Shown: positions 9,745-20,445, counted from the first letter of the stretch. The stretch: 64,000 nt of DNA from an uncultured Actinomycetes bacterium (GCA_963790335.1 CAWBOB010000003.1:33825-97824), one strand, 5' to 3'. The notes: generated by a model not told the origin, from the sequence alone. Translations and numbers: made by a program.

Positions 9745-10533
9745 ATGACGACGCTGCAGGGCATCACCTCGCACCAATGGAGGGTGGCCGCGGAGACCTT
9801 CCGGGTGAGGACCGACGATGGGGTGAAGATCCACGGGTCCTGTCTCGGCGACCCCGACCCCGCTCGTCCCGCCCTGATCCTGGCGCACGGCATGATCGGG
9901 TGGCATCGCAAGCCCAAGTTCGCGGCCTTCGCCGAGCGGCTCACGCCGTGGTTCACCGTGTTCGCGATGGACCTGCGCGGTCACGGGCAGAGCGAGGGCG
10001 TCTGCGACTTCGGAGGCGACGAGATCCACGACGTCGAGGCGGTGCACCGGCTCGCCCGCGACCGGGGTCACGACATGGCGATCTCGTGCGGCACGTCGAT
10101 GGGCGCGATCGCGTCGATCCGCCACGGTGGCCTGATCGGCGGCATGCAGGCGGTGGTCGGCATCTCGTCGCTCGCCTACTGGGATTGGCACGACGACGCG
10201 CACCCGCGCGCCCGCCGGGACATGCACGCGCGCATCGGCACGCCGGCCGGGCGCGCGGCCCTGCGGGCGTTCGGCGTGCGCATGCCCGACCGGTGGGAAC
10301 CGCCGGAATCACCCGAGGAGGTCATCGGCAAGGCCGCCCCGACGCCGGTCGTGATCGTGCACGGCGCCGACGATCGGCTGTTCCCGCCCTCGCACGCCCA
10401 CCGCCTCTACGAGGCGGCGGGCGAACCCAAGCGGCTGCTGATCGGCGAGGGCTTCGGCCACGCGGAGGACGGTCTCACCCCCGCGTTCGCCCGCAAGCTC
10501 GTCGACGTGCTCGGGGAGATGGTGGGCCTGTGA
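9745..10533 (+). CDS. Alpha/beta hydrolase
   Basis: HG, DLRGHGQS, GTSMG nucleophile, HGADD, GFGHAE. Confidence 0.9.
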   Translation: MTTLQGITSHQWRVAAETFRVRTDDGVKIHGSCLGDPDPARPALILAHGMIGWHRKPKFAAFAERLTPWFTVFAMDLRGHGQSEGVCDFGGDEIHDVEAVHRLARDRGHDMAISCGTSMGAIASIRHGGLIGGMQAVVGISSLAYWDWHDDAHPRARRDMHARIGTPAGRAALRAFGVRMPDRWEPPESPEEVIGKAAPTPVVIVHGADDRLFPPSHAHRLYEAAGEPKRLLIGEGFGHAEDGLTPAFARKLVDVLGEMVGL

Positions 10534-10763
10534 AGGTGCGGCTCTTCGCGGCGCTTCGGGAGATCGCCGGTGATGCTTACGTCGATGCCAGCGGGCACAC
10601 GGCCGGGGAGGTCGTCGACGACCTGTCCGGTCGGTTCGGGGAGCGCTTCGCTCAGATCGCCGGGGTGGGCTCGATCGTCGTCAACGGCGAGCGGGCCGAT
10701 CGGAGCCTGGCGCTCGCCGAGGGCGACGAGGTCGCGCTGCTTCCCCCCGTCAGCGGAGGCTGA
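10530..10763 (+). CDS. MoaD/ThiS family sulfur carrier
   Basis: VKVRLFAALREIAG...GDEVALLPPVSGG with C-terminal GG; GTG overlaps the upstream stop. Confidence 0.9.
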   Translation: MKVRLFAALREIAGDAYVDASGHTAGEVVDDLSGRFGERFAQIAGVGSIVVNGERADRSLALAEGDEVALLPPVSGG

Positions 10764-10800
10764 GGCGCACGCGTCGCTTCCCTGCGATACTGGGCCACTC

Positions 10801-11715
10801 ATGCGCTTCCAACGAGTACTGCTGATCGTGAACCCCGTGGCGCGCACGGTCTCCAAACCGATGCTCGCCGTCATCGAGAAGGCGCTGTCGGCCGACTTCC
10901 GGCTCGAGGTGATCGAGACCAAGGAACGCGGGCACGCCAACGAGATCGCGACCCAAGCGGTGCACGAGGGCGCCGACATGGTCGTGGTGTTCTCCGGTGA
11001 CGGCACGATCAACGAGGTCGTGAACGCGCTCGCGGGAACCAGGACCGCGCTCGGGGTGCTGCCGGGTGGAGCGACGAACATCCTGGTGCGCGCGCTGGGA
11101 CTGCCGATCGAGCCGATCGATGCCACCGGCGTGTTGATCGGGAAGGCGCTCGACGACGAGGCGTTCAAGCTGCACCTCGGCAAGGCCGACGGGCGGTACT
11201 TCGCGGTGAACTGCGGGGCCGGCGTCGATGCGGCGGCGATGGCGCGCATGGACGCGAAGTACCCGAAGACCAAGGCGAAGTTCGACCGCGTGGCGTTCCG
11301 CAGCGTCGCCTGGGAGCTGCTCGTCAGCTACGCGGGCAAGCGTCCGGACCTCGAGGTCACGATCGACGGTGGCAAGGCCGAGCCCTCACTGTCGGTGATG
11401 GTGGGCCGCACCGATCCATACACCTACTACAAGGATCGCGGTCTGCGCATGACGCCCCAGGCGTCGCTCGACACCGGTCTCGACGTATTGAGCATGCGCA
11501 AGCTCGCCCGCCGGAACGTGCCCCGCATCGCAGCCCAGGTGTTCGGGTCGGCTCGCCACGTGCAGAGCCGAGACATCGACTACCGCCACGATGCATCGCA
11601 TGTGCTGGTCACCTCCGATAGCCCGTTCCCCGTGCAGGTCGACGGCGATTCGTTGGGTGATCACGAGCGGCTCGAGATCGAGCTGGCTCGGGAAGCGCTG
11701 TGGGTCGTGGCCTGA
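10801..11715 (+). CDS. Diacylglycerol/lipid kinase family protein
   Basis: IVNPVA, SGDGTINEVVN, LPGGATN, QVDGD. Confidence 0.9.
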   Translation: MRFQRVLLIVNPVARTVSKPMLAVIEKALSADFRLEVIETKERGHANEIATQAVHEGADMVVVFSGDGTINEVVNALAGTRTALGVLPGGATNILVRALGLPIEPIDATGVLIGKALDDEAFKLHLGKADGRYFAVNCGAGVDAAAMARMDAKYPKTKAKFDRVAFRSVAWELLVSYAGKRPDLEVTIDGGKAEPSLSVMVGRTDPYTYYKDRGLRMTPQASLDTGLDVLSMRKLARRNVPRIAAQVFGSARHVQSRDIDYRHDASHVLVTSDSPFPVQVDGDSLGDHERLEIELAREALWVVA

Positions 11716-11728
11716 GCCGAACCGTGCG

Positions 11729-13105
11729 GTGGGCCATCGTGCGCTGGCGGTGGCGGGGATCGCCGGCTCGCTCACGGTGGTCGCAGCACCCCGTGCGACC
11801 GCGGCTGGGCGTCAGCCACCCGACATCGTGCTCATCATCACCGATGACCAGCGAGCCGACACCTTCCAACACATGCCCCAGCTCGAACGGCGCCTGATCC
11901 GGCCGGGGGTGCGTTTCCGATCGGCGTTCGTGCCGAACCCCTCGTGCTGTCCCAGCCGGGCGAGCTTCTACACCGGCGACTACTCGCATACCACCGGCGT
12001 CTGGAAGAACACCGGACCCTACGGAGGCGTGCAGGCATTCGACGATTCCTCCACGCTCGCGACCTGGCTGCAGGACTCCGGCTACCGCACGGGTCTGTTC
12101 GGCAAGTACATGAACGGGTACAGGGATCCGGCCACCGAGCCGCCGGGGTGGAGCGAGTGGTTCGCCTTCATCTCCGGCGGCGGCCGTGCCTACTATGGCT
12201 TCAACGCCAGCCACAACGGCTCGCTGGAAACCTTCCCCGAGACCGTGTACTCGACCACCGAGACGTCGCAGCGGTTGGCGACCTTCATCAGATCGACACC
12301 CACGGCCAGGCCCCTGTTCGCCGTCTGGACGCCGGTCGCGCCGCATCGGCCGTTCGTCGCCGAGCAGCGCCATGCCGATGCCAGGATCGACGTTGCCCCG
12401 TGGCGCCCGCCCAACTACAACGAGCGCAACGTCTCGGACAAGCCCACCTGGGTCCGTCGCAACGATCGCCTCGATGCCGGGTCGCGGTCGGCGATCGACG
12501 GCGACCGCCTCGGGCAGTATCGAACGTTGCTGTCGGTCGACGATGGGGTCGCCCGGATCGTGCGGGCCCTTCGCCGCGCGGGCCGACTCTCGAACACGAT
12601 GCTCATCTTCACCTCGGACAACGGGCTCATGTGGGGGGAGCATCGCCTCACGCGCAAGGCCGTCCCGTACGAGGGAGCGTCGCACGTGCCGCTCATCGTC
12701 CGCTACGACCCCGTGACCAGGGATCGGCGCGGAGCAACGTCAGCAGCGCTCGTCAGCAACATCGATATCGCTCCCACGATCATGGAGATCGGTGGGCTGA
12801 GTCCGCCTTCCCCGGTCGACGGATCGAGTCTCGCACCGGTGCTCGACGGATCGGTGCGGACGATCCGCACGAAGCTCGTGATCGAGCACGCGGGCAGCGA
12901 CGCTCCCGCCTACTGCGGCGTCCGCACGAAGCGCGAGCTCTTCGTGCGCTACTCGACCGGTGAGGAGGAGTACTACCGGCTCGACCGCGACCCGTGGAGC
13001 CTCGTCAACCTCGCCGGGCGAGCGGCGGTGCGGTCCGAGATGGTTGAGCTGCGGAGCTACGCGCGGAGTGAGTGCCGGCCCCCTCCGCCGGGTTTCGGGT
13101 GGTAG
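11729..13105 (+). CDS. Secreted sulfatase (N-acetylglucosamine-6-sulfatase-like); start approximate
   Basis: Signal peptide, IITDDQ, CCPSRAS formylglycine motif, GKYMNGY, FTSDNG..GEH. Confidence 0.9.
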   Translation: MGHRALAVAGIAGSLTVVAAPRATAAGRQPPDIVLIITDDQRADTFQHMPQLERRLIRPGVRFRSAFVPNPSCCPSRASFYTGDYSHTTGVWKNTGPYGGVQAFDDSSTLATWLQDSGYRTGLFGKYMNGYRDPATEPPGWSEWFAFISGGGRAYYGFNASHNGSLETFPETVYSTTETSQRLATFIRSTPTARPLFAVWTPVAPHRPFVAEQRHADARIDVAPWRPPNYNERNVSDKPTWVRRNDRLDAGSRSAIDGDRLGQYRTLLSVDDGVARIVRALRRAGRLSNTMLIFTSDNGLMWGEHRLTRKAVPYEGASHVPLIVRYDPVTRDRRGATSAALVSNIDIAPTIMEIGGLSPPSPVDGSSLAPVLDGSVRTIRTKLVIEHAGSDAPAYCGVRTKRELFVRYSTGEEEYYRLDRDPWSLVNLAGRAAVRSEMVELRSYARSECRPPPPGFGW

Positions 13106-13144
13106 CCGACCGGAGCGGCTGATGCGTCACGTCAGCGATCAGGG

Positions 13145-13885
13145 CTAGCGAGGTCGGTCGCCGTCCACCTGGGCCTCGGACTCGTGGATGCCGCATTCCC
13201 ACTTCGACAACCCGGCCCATCTGCCCGCTCGTTCGGGTTCGCCCGCGAACCGGAGCCGTGTGCACGGTGCGCATCCGATCGAGGCGTACCCGAGGTCGTA
13301 GAGCGGGTTGTGCGGAAGGTCGTGATCGGCGAGGTAGGCCCACGTGTCGCGCCGGGTCCACGACGCGACGGGATTCACCTTGACCATCATGTGACCCGGC
13401 TCGAGCTCGTACTGCTCCACGAACGGCGCATCGGCCCGCGTCGGTGAGGAGTCACGCCGGAACGCCGTGACCCAAGCGTCGAGCCCGCGCAGCGCCTCGA
13501 ACATCGGGCGAACCTTGTTGAGGTCGCAGCATCGCTCGGGATCGCGCTCGTACAACCGTTCCCCGTATCGCTCGGCCTGCTGCTCGACGGTGAGCTCGCC
13601 GTGCAGCTCGATCACGTTCAGTCCGAGCCGCTCGGTGAGCTGCTGCTTGAACGCAAGGGTCTCCGCGAACTGGAACCCCGTCTCGAGGAACAGCACCGGA
13701 ACGTCGGATCGGATCGTCGAGGCCATGTGCATGATCGCCGTGCCTTCGGCTTGGAACGCCGACGCGATGGCGATGCGCTGGAGCCCCGAGGTCTCGAGAG
13801 CCCACCGCAGGATCGCTCGAGGATGCTCGTGCTCGAACGATGCGTTGAGCGCGTCGAGTTCGTCGTCGCGAAGAAGGGTTTCCAT
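13145..13885 (-). CDS. cysH: APS/PAPS reductase ([4Fe-4S] APS-reductase type)
   Basis: [35 protein letters not shown]. Confidence 0.92.
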   Translation of the reverse strand: METLLRDDELDALNASFEHEHPRAILRWALETSGLQRIAIASAFQAEGTAIMHMASTIRSDVPVLFLETGFQFAETLAFKQQLTERLGLNVIELHGELTVEQQAERYGERLYERDPERCCDLNKVRPMFEALRGLDAWVTAFRRDSSPTRADAPFVEQYELEPGHMMVKVNPVASWTRRDTWAYLADHDLPHNPLYDLGYASIGCAPCTRLRFAGEPERAGRWAGLSKWECGIHESEAQVDGDRPR

Positions 13886-14033
13886 GGCAGCAGCCCACCC
13901 CCGGGTGTGGGAAGCCCGGTCCGCGGAGCATACCTCGTATGCTGTGGCGGTCATCGGCCCGCCCGGGCGACGACGCCGTCCCGATCAACGCTTCGACCTC
14001 GACGTCGACCGACCATGTCAGGAGCCGGCACAC

Positions 14034-15209
14034 ATGGCAGACACGTATCCCATCGCACCCCACGGAGGTACCCTCGTGAATCTGCTCACGAGCGGAGACG
14101 CCGCCACGGCGCTCGCCGCCGAGGCGGCGAACCTTCCCGTCCTCGTGCCGAACGAGCGTGAGCTGAGCGATCTCGAGATGCTGGCCGTGGGCGCGTTGAG
14201 CCCCCTCACCGGCTTCCAGGGTGAGGCCGACTACCGCTCGGTGCTGGATTCGATGCATCTCGCGAACGGGCTCGCGTGGGCGATCCCGGTGGTGCTCGGG
14301 GTGACCGAGGAGCAGGCGCACCGGTTCGGCAGCGGCGGCGCGGTGGCGCTCGCATCCGCTGAAGGTGCGGCCCCGATCGCCGTGCTGCGGGTCAGCGAGT
14401 CCTTCTCGCGTGACAAGCAGAAGGAAGCCGTGAGCGTCTACCGGACCGACGAGGCCGAACACCCCGGTGTGAAGGCGGTCTACGACTCGGGTGACTACTG
14501 CCTCGCCGGCGAGCTCGAGGTGATCTCGCTCCCTGAGCACGACGACTTCCGAACGTATCGGCTGACCCCTTCCGAGACGCGCGCCGAGTTCGAGCGCCGA
14601 GGCTGGAAGACGGTGGTCGGCTTCCAGACGCGCAACCCGATCCACCGGGCGCACGAGTACATCCAGAAGTGCGCGCTCGAGATCGTGGACGGGCTGCTCG
14701 TGCATCCGCTGATGGGCGCCACCAAGAGCGACGACGTGCCGCCCGACGTGCGCATGCGGTGCTACGAGGCGCTCTTCGAGGGGTACTACCCGAAGGATCG
14801 CGCGATGGTGTCGATCTTCCCGGCGGCGATGCGCTACGCGGGCCCGCGCGAGGCGATCTGGCATGCGATCTGCCGCAAGAACTACGGATGCACGCACTTC
14901 ATCGTCGGCCGTGACCACGCCGGTGTCGGGAGCTACTACGGCACGTACGACGCGCAGCAGATCTTCGACGAGTTCGAGCCGGGCGAGCTCGGCATCACCA
15001 CGTTGAACTTCGAGCACTCGTTCTGGTGCGAAGCCTGCGAGGGCATGGCGTCGCCGAAGACCTGCCCCCACGGCGAGGAGACGCGCATCTCGTTGAGCGG
15101 CACCAAGGTTCGCGAGATGCTGCGCAACGGGGAGCGCCCACCCCAGGAGTTCTCCCGGCCCGAGGTCGCCGACATCCTCATCGACGCGATGCAGGGCGAG
15201 CAAGGCTGA
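14034..15209 (+). CDS. sat: Sulfate adenylyltransferase
   Basis: [46 protein letters not shown]. Confidence 0.97.
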   Translation: MADTYPIAPHGGTLVNLLTSGDAATALAAEAANLPVLVPNERELSDLEMLAVGALSPLTGFQGEADYRSVLDSMHLANGLAWAIPVVLGVTEEQAHRFGSGGAVALASAEGAAPIAVLRVSESFSRDKQKEAVSVYRTDEAEHPGVKAVYDSGDYCLAGELEVISLPEHDDFRTYRLTPSETRAEFERRGWKTVVGFQTRNPIHRAHEYIQKCALEIVDGLLVHPLMGATKSDDVPPDVRMRCYEALFEGYYPKDRAMVSIFPAAMRYAGPREAIWHAICRKNYGCTHFIVGRDHAGVGSYYGTYDAQQIFDEFEPGELGITTLNFEHSFWCEACEGMASPKTCPHGEETRISLSGTKVREMLRNGERPPQEFSRPEVADILIDAMQGEQG

Positions 15210-15263
15210 ACGATCCGCCGAGCCAGGGCATCGACCCGGAGCGAGCCTGCCGCTGACCTGCGG

Positions 15264-15293
15264 TTGAGCCGTCGGCGGGCGCACTGGTAGCCT
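15264..15293 (+). promoter_or_regulatory. Putative housekeeping-sigma promoter of the M23 gene
   Basis: TTGAGC-18-TAGCCT, directly preceded by CTGACCTGCGG. Confidence 0.4.
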
Positions 15294-15350
15294 CGCTCGA
15301 GCGTCCTCCCGCCCGCCGTCACGAAGGAGTCGACGATCCGTCCCCGAGCC

Positions 15351-16382
15351 GTGTTCAGCACGATCGTTGCGTGTTCCCTCGTGGGTGTCGTGGTCTCCGC
15401 GCCGGCGAGCGCCGACACCGAGAGCGAACTCGTGGCCGCCGAGCAGCAGCTCGAGACGGCTCGTGCCGACCTGGACCGGGTGAACGAAGCGTGGCAACAG
15501 GCGGAAGCCGAGCTCGCCAGGTCGCAGGACGCGGCGCGCACGGCCCGCGCGCGCATCGAAACGCTCCAGGCCGATCTCGCCACGATCCAGCGTGCGCTCG
15601 AGCGGCGTGCCGCTGCGCTCTTCATCTCGGGAGGGAGCCCGCAAGCGCTCGCACTGCTCACGTCGGAGTCGGTCACCGACGCCGTCGACCGCATGGAGTT
15701 CGCGTCGGCGGTCGCCCAAGGTGACAGTGACCTCGCGACCCGGGTGAGCGTGCAGACCCAAGAGCTGTCGTGGCGGCGGGAGGAGCTCGCCTCGGCCATC
15801 GTCGCGCAGGCGCAGGCGACCGCCGATCTCGAAGCTCGTGAGCGGTCGGTGCAGGACGAGCTCGATCGCATCGCCGACCGGGTCAGCACCCTCGAGACAC
15901 AGCTCGCCGCCGAACGGTCGCCGTCACCGACCCCCGGGCCCGGGCCGGGGCCGGGGCCGAGCGGTCCGGACCTTCCGCCGGTCGGCACCGGATGGCTGCA
16001 GACCTGCCCGGTGAACGGGCCGAGCTCGTTCGTGGACTCCTTCGGAGATCCACGCCCCGGCGGACGCACGCATCAGGGCATCGACATGATCGCTGCTCGC
16101 GGCACGCCCGTGGCCGCCGTGCACGCGGGCACCGTGCACAAGACCGGCAGCTCGATCGGCGGGTACGGCATCGTCGTCTTCCACGACGGCAGCTCCGACT
16201 GGACCTTCTACACCCACTTCGACTCGTACGGCTCCTACGGCGAAGGTGCACGCGTTCCGGCGGGCGCCACGATCGGCTACGTCGGGAACACGGGAACGAC
16301 CGTGTACCACCTGCACTTCGAGTACCACCCAGGGGGCGGAGCCGCGCTCAATCCCTACAGCGCGCTGCTCGGCGTGTGTTGA
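15351..16382 (+). CDS. Coiled-coil M23 family peptidoglycan endopeptidase
   Basis: Signal peptide, long coiled coil, PGPGPGPGP linker, HQGID and HLH motifs. Confidence 0.9.
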   Translation: MFSTIVACSLVGVVVSAPASADTESELVAAEQQLETARADLDRVNEAWQQAEAELARSQDAARTARARIETLQADLATIQRALERRAAALFISGGSPQALALLTSESVTDAVDRMEFASAVAQGDSDLATRVSVQTQELSWRREELASAIVAQAQATADLEARERSVQDELDRIADRVSTLETQLAAERSPSPTPGPGPGPGPSGPDLPPVGTGWLQTCPVNGPSSFVDSFGDPRPGGRTHQGIDMIAARGTPVAAVHAGTVHKTGSSIGGYGIVVFHDGSSDWTFYTHFDSYGSYGEGARVPAGATIGYVGNTGTTVYHLHFEYHPGGGAALNPYSALLGVC

Positions 16383-16448
16383 CGTGTCGTGCGGTCGACA
16401 TGTGGTGAGCCCCCTGCCGGCGCGTGGCAGCGGCCGTAGGATGGCGGA

Positions 16449-16994
16449 GTGAACGACGAGCAGAGTCACGCCGCCGGCCGGCGCATCGACCGCATCCGCG
16501 ACGCGGGGTTCATCGACGGTTTGGGCGAGCTGAGCCTCGACGGCCTTCGGGAACGGCGCGACGAGTGCCTCGCCGAGCGTGAGTACCTGTCGCTCCTGCG
16601 ACGGCTGGTGCAGGGGCGTGCCGAGATCCTGCAAGCCGAGCTCGAGACCCGCGGCACCGACGAAGGCGATCGGGCCTGGTTGATCGAGCGCCTCGCCACG
16701 ATCCTGACGGCCGATGAGCATCACGAGGCTTCTCGCGGAGAGGCGGTGAAGGTGGGGGTGCCCGAGGACGAGCTGTTGCTGGCACGCCGGCGCATCGAAC
16801 GCCTCGTCGCGGATGCGGGCATCTCCGATCCGACCACGCTCGACGACGAGCGACTCGCGGCGGCCGTTGGGTTGCTCTCCGACGAAGAACAGGAAGTCTC
16901 GGCAGCCCGGCAGGGCGTGATCAACGTGCTCGACATCGTGCAGGACGAGCTCAAGCGCCGCTACAAGCAGGATCCGTCGCTCGCGCTGCGCTAG
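16449..16994 (+). CDS. RsiG/AmfC-family anti-sigma factor homolog
   Basis: Two helices resembling the E-x3-S-x2-R-x3-Q-x3-D motif (REYLSLLRRLVQGRAE; EQEVSAARQGVINVLD), ending ELKRRY. Confidence 0.75.
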   Translation: MNDEQSHAAGRRIDRIRDAGFIDGLGELSLDGLRERRDECLAEREYLSLLRRLVQGRAEILQAELETRGTDEGDRAWLIERLATILTADEHHEASRGEAVKVGVPEDELLLARRRIERLVADAGISDPTTLDDERLAAAVGLLSDEEQEVSAARQGVINVLDIVQDELKRRYKQDPSLALR

Positions 16995-17204
16995 CAGGCG
17001 TCGGCCGGGTGAGCCCGACGCCGCCGGCGGGCATGGCATGTCCCCCGTCCGGGGGAGACCCCCCAACCTTCCGACACCACGCCGAGGGGCCGACACCGAG
17101 GTCGGCCGGCCCGGCGACCAGAACCCCGCGCCCGGCCGATGGCGGCCTCTCCGCCGCGGCGCGACAGTGGGCACCACCGACGACCCGAGGAGATCCGAAC
17201 GCGC

Positions 17205-17975
17205 ATGCAGTCAACCGAGAACGGGGAACCGGCGCACGGGGCCGTGCGCATCGACGGCGAGCAGCTCGCCCTGCACGCCCAGCTCGTCGTCTTCGCCCGC
17301 GAGATCGGCGCCCTGTATCAGGCCGAGCGGGCTCGTACGCGTGAGCTCGAGCAGGCGCACGCAGGGTTGGGTGAGATGGTCGCGGCGACCATGACCTCGC
17401 TCGCTGAGGTCGTCGAGGCCAAGGACATCACCACCCGAGGCCACCTGGATCGCACGCATCGATACGGCCTCGCGCTCGCCGAGCGCATCGATCCCGAGCT
17501 CGCCGCCCGGCCGGAGGTCGGCTACGGATTCTTCCTGCACGACATCGGCAAGGTCGGTGTGCCCGAGTCGGTGCTCTGCAAGCCGGGACCGCTCGACGAC
17601 GACGAGTGGGCGGTGATGCGGAGCCATCCCGTGATCGGCGCGCAGATCGTGTCTCCGATGCGGTTCCTGCAGGGAGCGGTCGAGATCGTGCGCACCCACC
17701 ACGAGCGCTGGGACGGCCGCGGCTACCCCCACGGGCTGCGAGGTGAGCAGATCCCACTCGCGGCTCGCATCTTCGCGATCGCCGACTCGTTCGATGCCAT
17801 GACGAGCGACCGGCCGTACCGGGCGGCGATGGGGCGCGAACGCGCGCTCGCCGAGATCCTCGACGGTGCGGGCACGCAGTTCGATCCCGACGTCGCGCGT
17901 ACCTTCATGCAGCTCGCCGAGGAAGATGGCCTTCCGCTCGTCGAGCCCGGCGTGGCCATCGCGCGCGCCATCTGA
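17205..17975 (+). CDS. HD-GYP cyclic-dinucleotide phosphodiesterase
   Basis: EAKD..TRGH, LHDIGK, HHERWDGRGYP, ADSFDAMTSDRPYR. Confidence 0.93.
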   Translation: MQSTENGEPAHGAVRIDGEQLALHAQLVVFAREIGALYQAERARTRELEQAHAGLGEMVAATMTSLAEVVEAKDITTRGHLDRTHRYGLALAERIDPELAARPEVGYGFFLHDIGKVGVPESVLCKPGPLDDDEWAVMRSHPVIGAQIVSPMRFLQGAVEIVRTHHERWDGRGYPHGLRGEQIPLAARIFAIADSFDAMTSDRPYRAAMGRERALAEILDGAGTQFDPDVARTFMQLAEEDGLPLVEPGVAIARAI

Positions 17976-18015
17976 GCCGGCGCGGCCGCGTGCGGCTGGG
18001 TAGGCTGGCGCTCGT

Positions 18016-18996
18016 ATGGCTGCCCCCGTGCCGATCGCTCGTGTGGTGCGCTCCGGCCTCGAGGAGTCCGTACATACGGGGCACGTGGCCGTCTGCGACA
18101 CCGACGGGAAACTCGTCGCACGCGCCGGCGACGCTGACCGCGACGTGTTCATCCGCTCGTGCGCCAAGCCGCTGCAGGCCGCCGTCTCGCTCGCGGCCAT
18201 CGGCGACGAGGCCATCCCCGACCGGGAGATCGCGGTGATGTGCGCCTCACACAACGCGGAGCCGGTGCACCTCGGTGCGGTGCGGGCCCTGCTGGCCCGC
18301 GCGGACGTCGGATCCGACGCCTTGCTGACCCCGCCATCGTTCCCGCTCGATCCCGACGAGATGGCTCGGTCGCAGCATCGCCATCCGCTGTTCAGCGACT
18401 GCTCGGGCAAGCATGCGGGGATGCTGCTGGCATGCGTGCGATCTGGCTGGGACCTGGCCACATACACGAAGCGGTCGCATCCGCTGCAGCGGCGCGTGCG
18501 CCGTGCCGTCGAACGTGCGACCGGTGTTCCCGACCCGCGGGTCGGAGTCGACGGATGTGGCGTGCCGGTGCAGGGCGTGCCCCTGCGGGCGGTCGCGATG
18601 CTCTACGCGAGGCTGGGTGAGCCGGATCGACTCGAGGACCTGGGACCCTCGGCGGCGCGCGCCGTGGAGGCCATGCTCGCCGAGCCCTATCTCGTCGGGG
18701 GCAGGGGTCGGATCGATACGACGATCATGCGGTCCGCGCCGGGCCTCGTGGTCAAGGAAGGCGCCGAGGCGCTCGTCTGCGCGAGCCTTCCGGGGTCCGG
18801 CCTGGGCGTCGCCCTGAAGGTCGCCGACGGCGGGTTCCGGGCTGCGGGGCCCGCGATGGTCGAGGTGCTGAGCCAGCTCGATGCGCTCGACCCCGCCGAG
18901 CGGCACGCCTTGGCATCGCTCGGCGACCCCGCCGTGCTCGGCGGCGGACGACCGGTCGGCACGATCGAACCGGTCGTGCGGCTCCGCCGGCGCTGA
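18016..18996 (+). CDS. L-asparaginase II family protein
   Basis: RSGLEESVH, RSCAKPLQA, ASHNAE, CSGKHAG, GVDGCG, KEGAE. Confidence 0.9.
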   Translation: MAAPVPIARVVRSGLEESVHTGHVAVCDTDGKLVARAGDADRDVFIRSCAKPLQAAVSLAAIGDEAIPDREIAVMCASHNAEPVHLGAVRALLARADVGSDALLTPPSFPLDPDEMARSQHRHPLFSDCSGKHAGMLLACVRSGWDLATYTKRSHPLQRRVRRAVERATGVPDPRVGVDGCGVPVQGVPLRAVAMLYARLGEPDRLEDLGPSAARAVEAMLAEPYLVGGRGRIDTTIMRSAPGLVVKEGAEALVCASLPGSGLGVALKVADGGFRAAGPAMVEVLSQLDALDPAERHALASLGDPAVLGGGRPVGTIEPVVRLRRR

Positions 18997-19023
18997 GACT
19001 CGGTTGCCGTGGGCTGACCTACC

Positions 19024-20298
19024 ATGCCTCGGATGGACGATGGTGCCCGCGTCGCCGTGCTGAGCGTGCACACCTCGCCCATGGATCAGCCGGGGGCGGG
19101 TGATTCCGGCGGCATGAACGTGTACGTGCGGGCCGTCGCCGAGCGATTCGCCAGTCGCGGCGTGGCGGTCGACGTCTTCACGAGGTGTCGTGGGGGAGCA
19201 GATCACGAGGTGAAGACGCTCGCGCCCGGTATCCGCGTGGTGAGCGTCAAGGCCGGCCCGTGTGCCCGGGTGCCGAAGGCGGAGCTGCCGCGCTTCCTGC
19301 CGGAGTTCCTCGGCGGTGTGCTGCGGATCGCCCACGAGGACGGACGTGGGTACGACATCGTGCATAGCCACTACTGGCTCTCCGGTTGGGTCGGTCGGGC
19401 GATGAAGGCGGCCCTCTCCGCGCCGCTCGTCGCCTCGTTCCACACGCTCGGCAAGGTCAAGAACTACTCCCTGGCGCGCGGCGAGGAGCCTGAACCAGAC
19501 CTGCGTCTGGCGGCCGAGCAGGCGGTGATCGACGATGCAGACCGGATCCTCGCGCCGACGCCGACCGAGGCCGCGCAGCTCGTGGGGCTCTACGGGGCCG
19601 ACCCGAGCTGCGTGCGACTCGTGCCACCCGGGGTCGATCATCAGCTGTTCGTGCCGGGTGATCGTTCGGCCGCGCGTGAGCGGCTCCACCTGTCGGGTCT
19701 GCGCCTCGCGCTGTACGTGGGGAGGCTGCAGCCGCACAAGGGCCCCGATGTGGCGGTGCGCACGCTCGCCGAGGCGGTCGCGCGCGAGCCCGCCGTTGCC
19801 GAGCACCTGGTGCTCGCGATCGTCGGTGGGCCGAGCGGCCACGAGAAGGGCGCCGAGGTCGCGCGGCTGCTCGAGCTCGCCTCGGCCTTGGGTGTGAGCG
19901 ACCGCGTCATGCTCTTCCCGCCCCAGCCGCAGCGGAACCTCGTCGACTTCTACTCGGCGGCCGACGTCGTGCTGGTGCCATCCCGTTCGGAGTCGTTCGG
20001 GTTGGTGGCGCTCGAGGCGCAGGCGTGCGGCACGCCCGTCGTCGCGGCCGACGTGGGAGGGCTTCCGTACGTGGTGCGGGACGGCCTGAGCGGGTTCCTC
20101 GTCGACGATCATGATCCCGCCGATCACGCCGAGCGGATGCTCGAGATCCTGCGTGACCCCGGGCTGCAGGCGTCGTTCGGTGCGGAGGCGGCCCGCCATG
20201 CCCTGCGCTTCACGTGGGACGCGACGACCGACCAGATGATGGCCGTCTACGACGAGATCTTGAAACGAGCCGCGAGGTCGGCGTCGCGACACCGCTGA
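19024..20298 (+). CDS. mshA: D-inositol-3-phosphate glycosyltransferase
   Basis: SVHTSP..QPG.GDSGGMNVYV, HSHYWLSG, ESFGLVALEAQACGTPVVA. Confidence 0.85.
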   Translation: MPRMDDGARVAVLSVHTSPMDQPGAGDSGGMNVYVRAVAERFASRGVAVDVFTRCRGGADHEVKTLAPGIRVVSVKAGPCARVPKAELPRFLPEFLGGVLRIAHEDGRGYDIVHSHYWLSGWVGRAMKAALSAPLVASFHTLGKVKNYSLARGEEPEPDLRLAAEQAVIDDADRILAPTPTEAAQLVGLYGADPSCVRLVPPGVDHQLFVPGDRSAARERLHLSGLRLALYVGRLQPHKGPDVAVRTLAEAVAREPAVAEHLVLAIVGGPSGHEKGAEVARLLELASALGVSDRVMLFPPQPQRNLVDFYSAADVVLVPSRSESFGLVALEAQACGTPVVAADVGGLPYVVRDGLSGFLVDDHDPADHAERMLEILRDPGLQASFGAEAARHALRFTWDATTDQMMAVYDEILKRAARSASRHR

Positions 20299-20409
20299 CG
20301 GACGCACCCGACGGTGCCGTGCGCCGCGTCACATCCGGGGCCGAATTGTCACTCTTCTTCGCACGCCCCTGACCAGCACGTTCATACTCTGACCTGCGGA
20401 AACGTCGGG

Positions 20410-20438
20410 TTGACCCGGGTCGGGGTCGCCCGTATCGT
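20410..20438 (+). promoter_or_regulatory. Housekeeping-sigma promoter for the ncRNA
   Basis: TTGACC-17 bp-TATCGT; the predicted +1 at G20446 coincides with the first base of the terminal helix. Confidence 0.75.
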
Positions 20439-20445
20439 GCGCCTC

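Noticed and set aside
15931-15959. GC-rich short repeat as a CRISPR or DNA repeat element
   Set aside because: It encodes the PGPGPG linker of the M23 protein. No CRISPR array or cas genes were seen in the window.
17040-17145. WhiG/sigma28 promoter (GCCGA boxes) upstream of the HD-GYP gene
   Set aside because: GCCGA is very common at this GC content and no convincing -35 is present.
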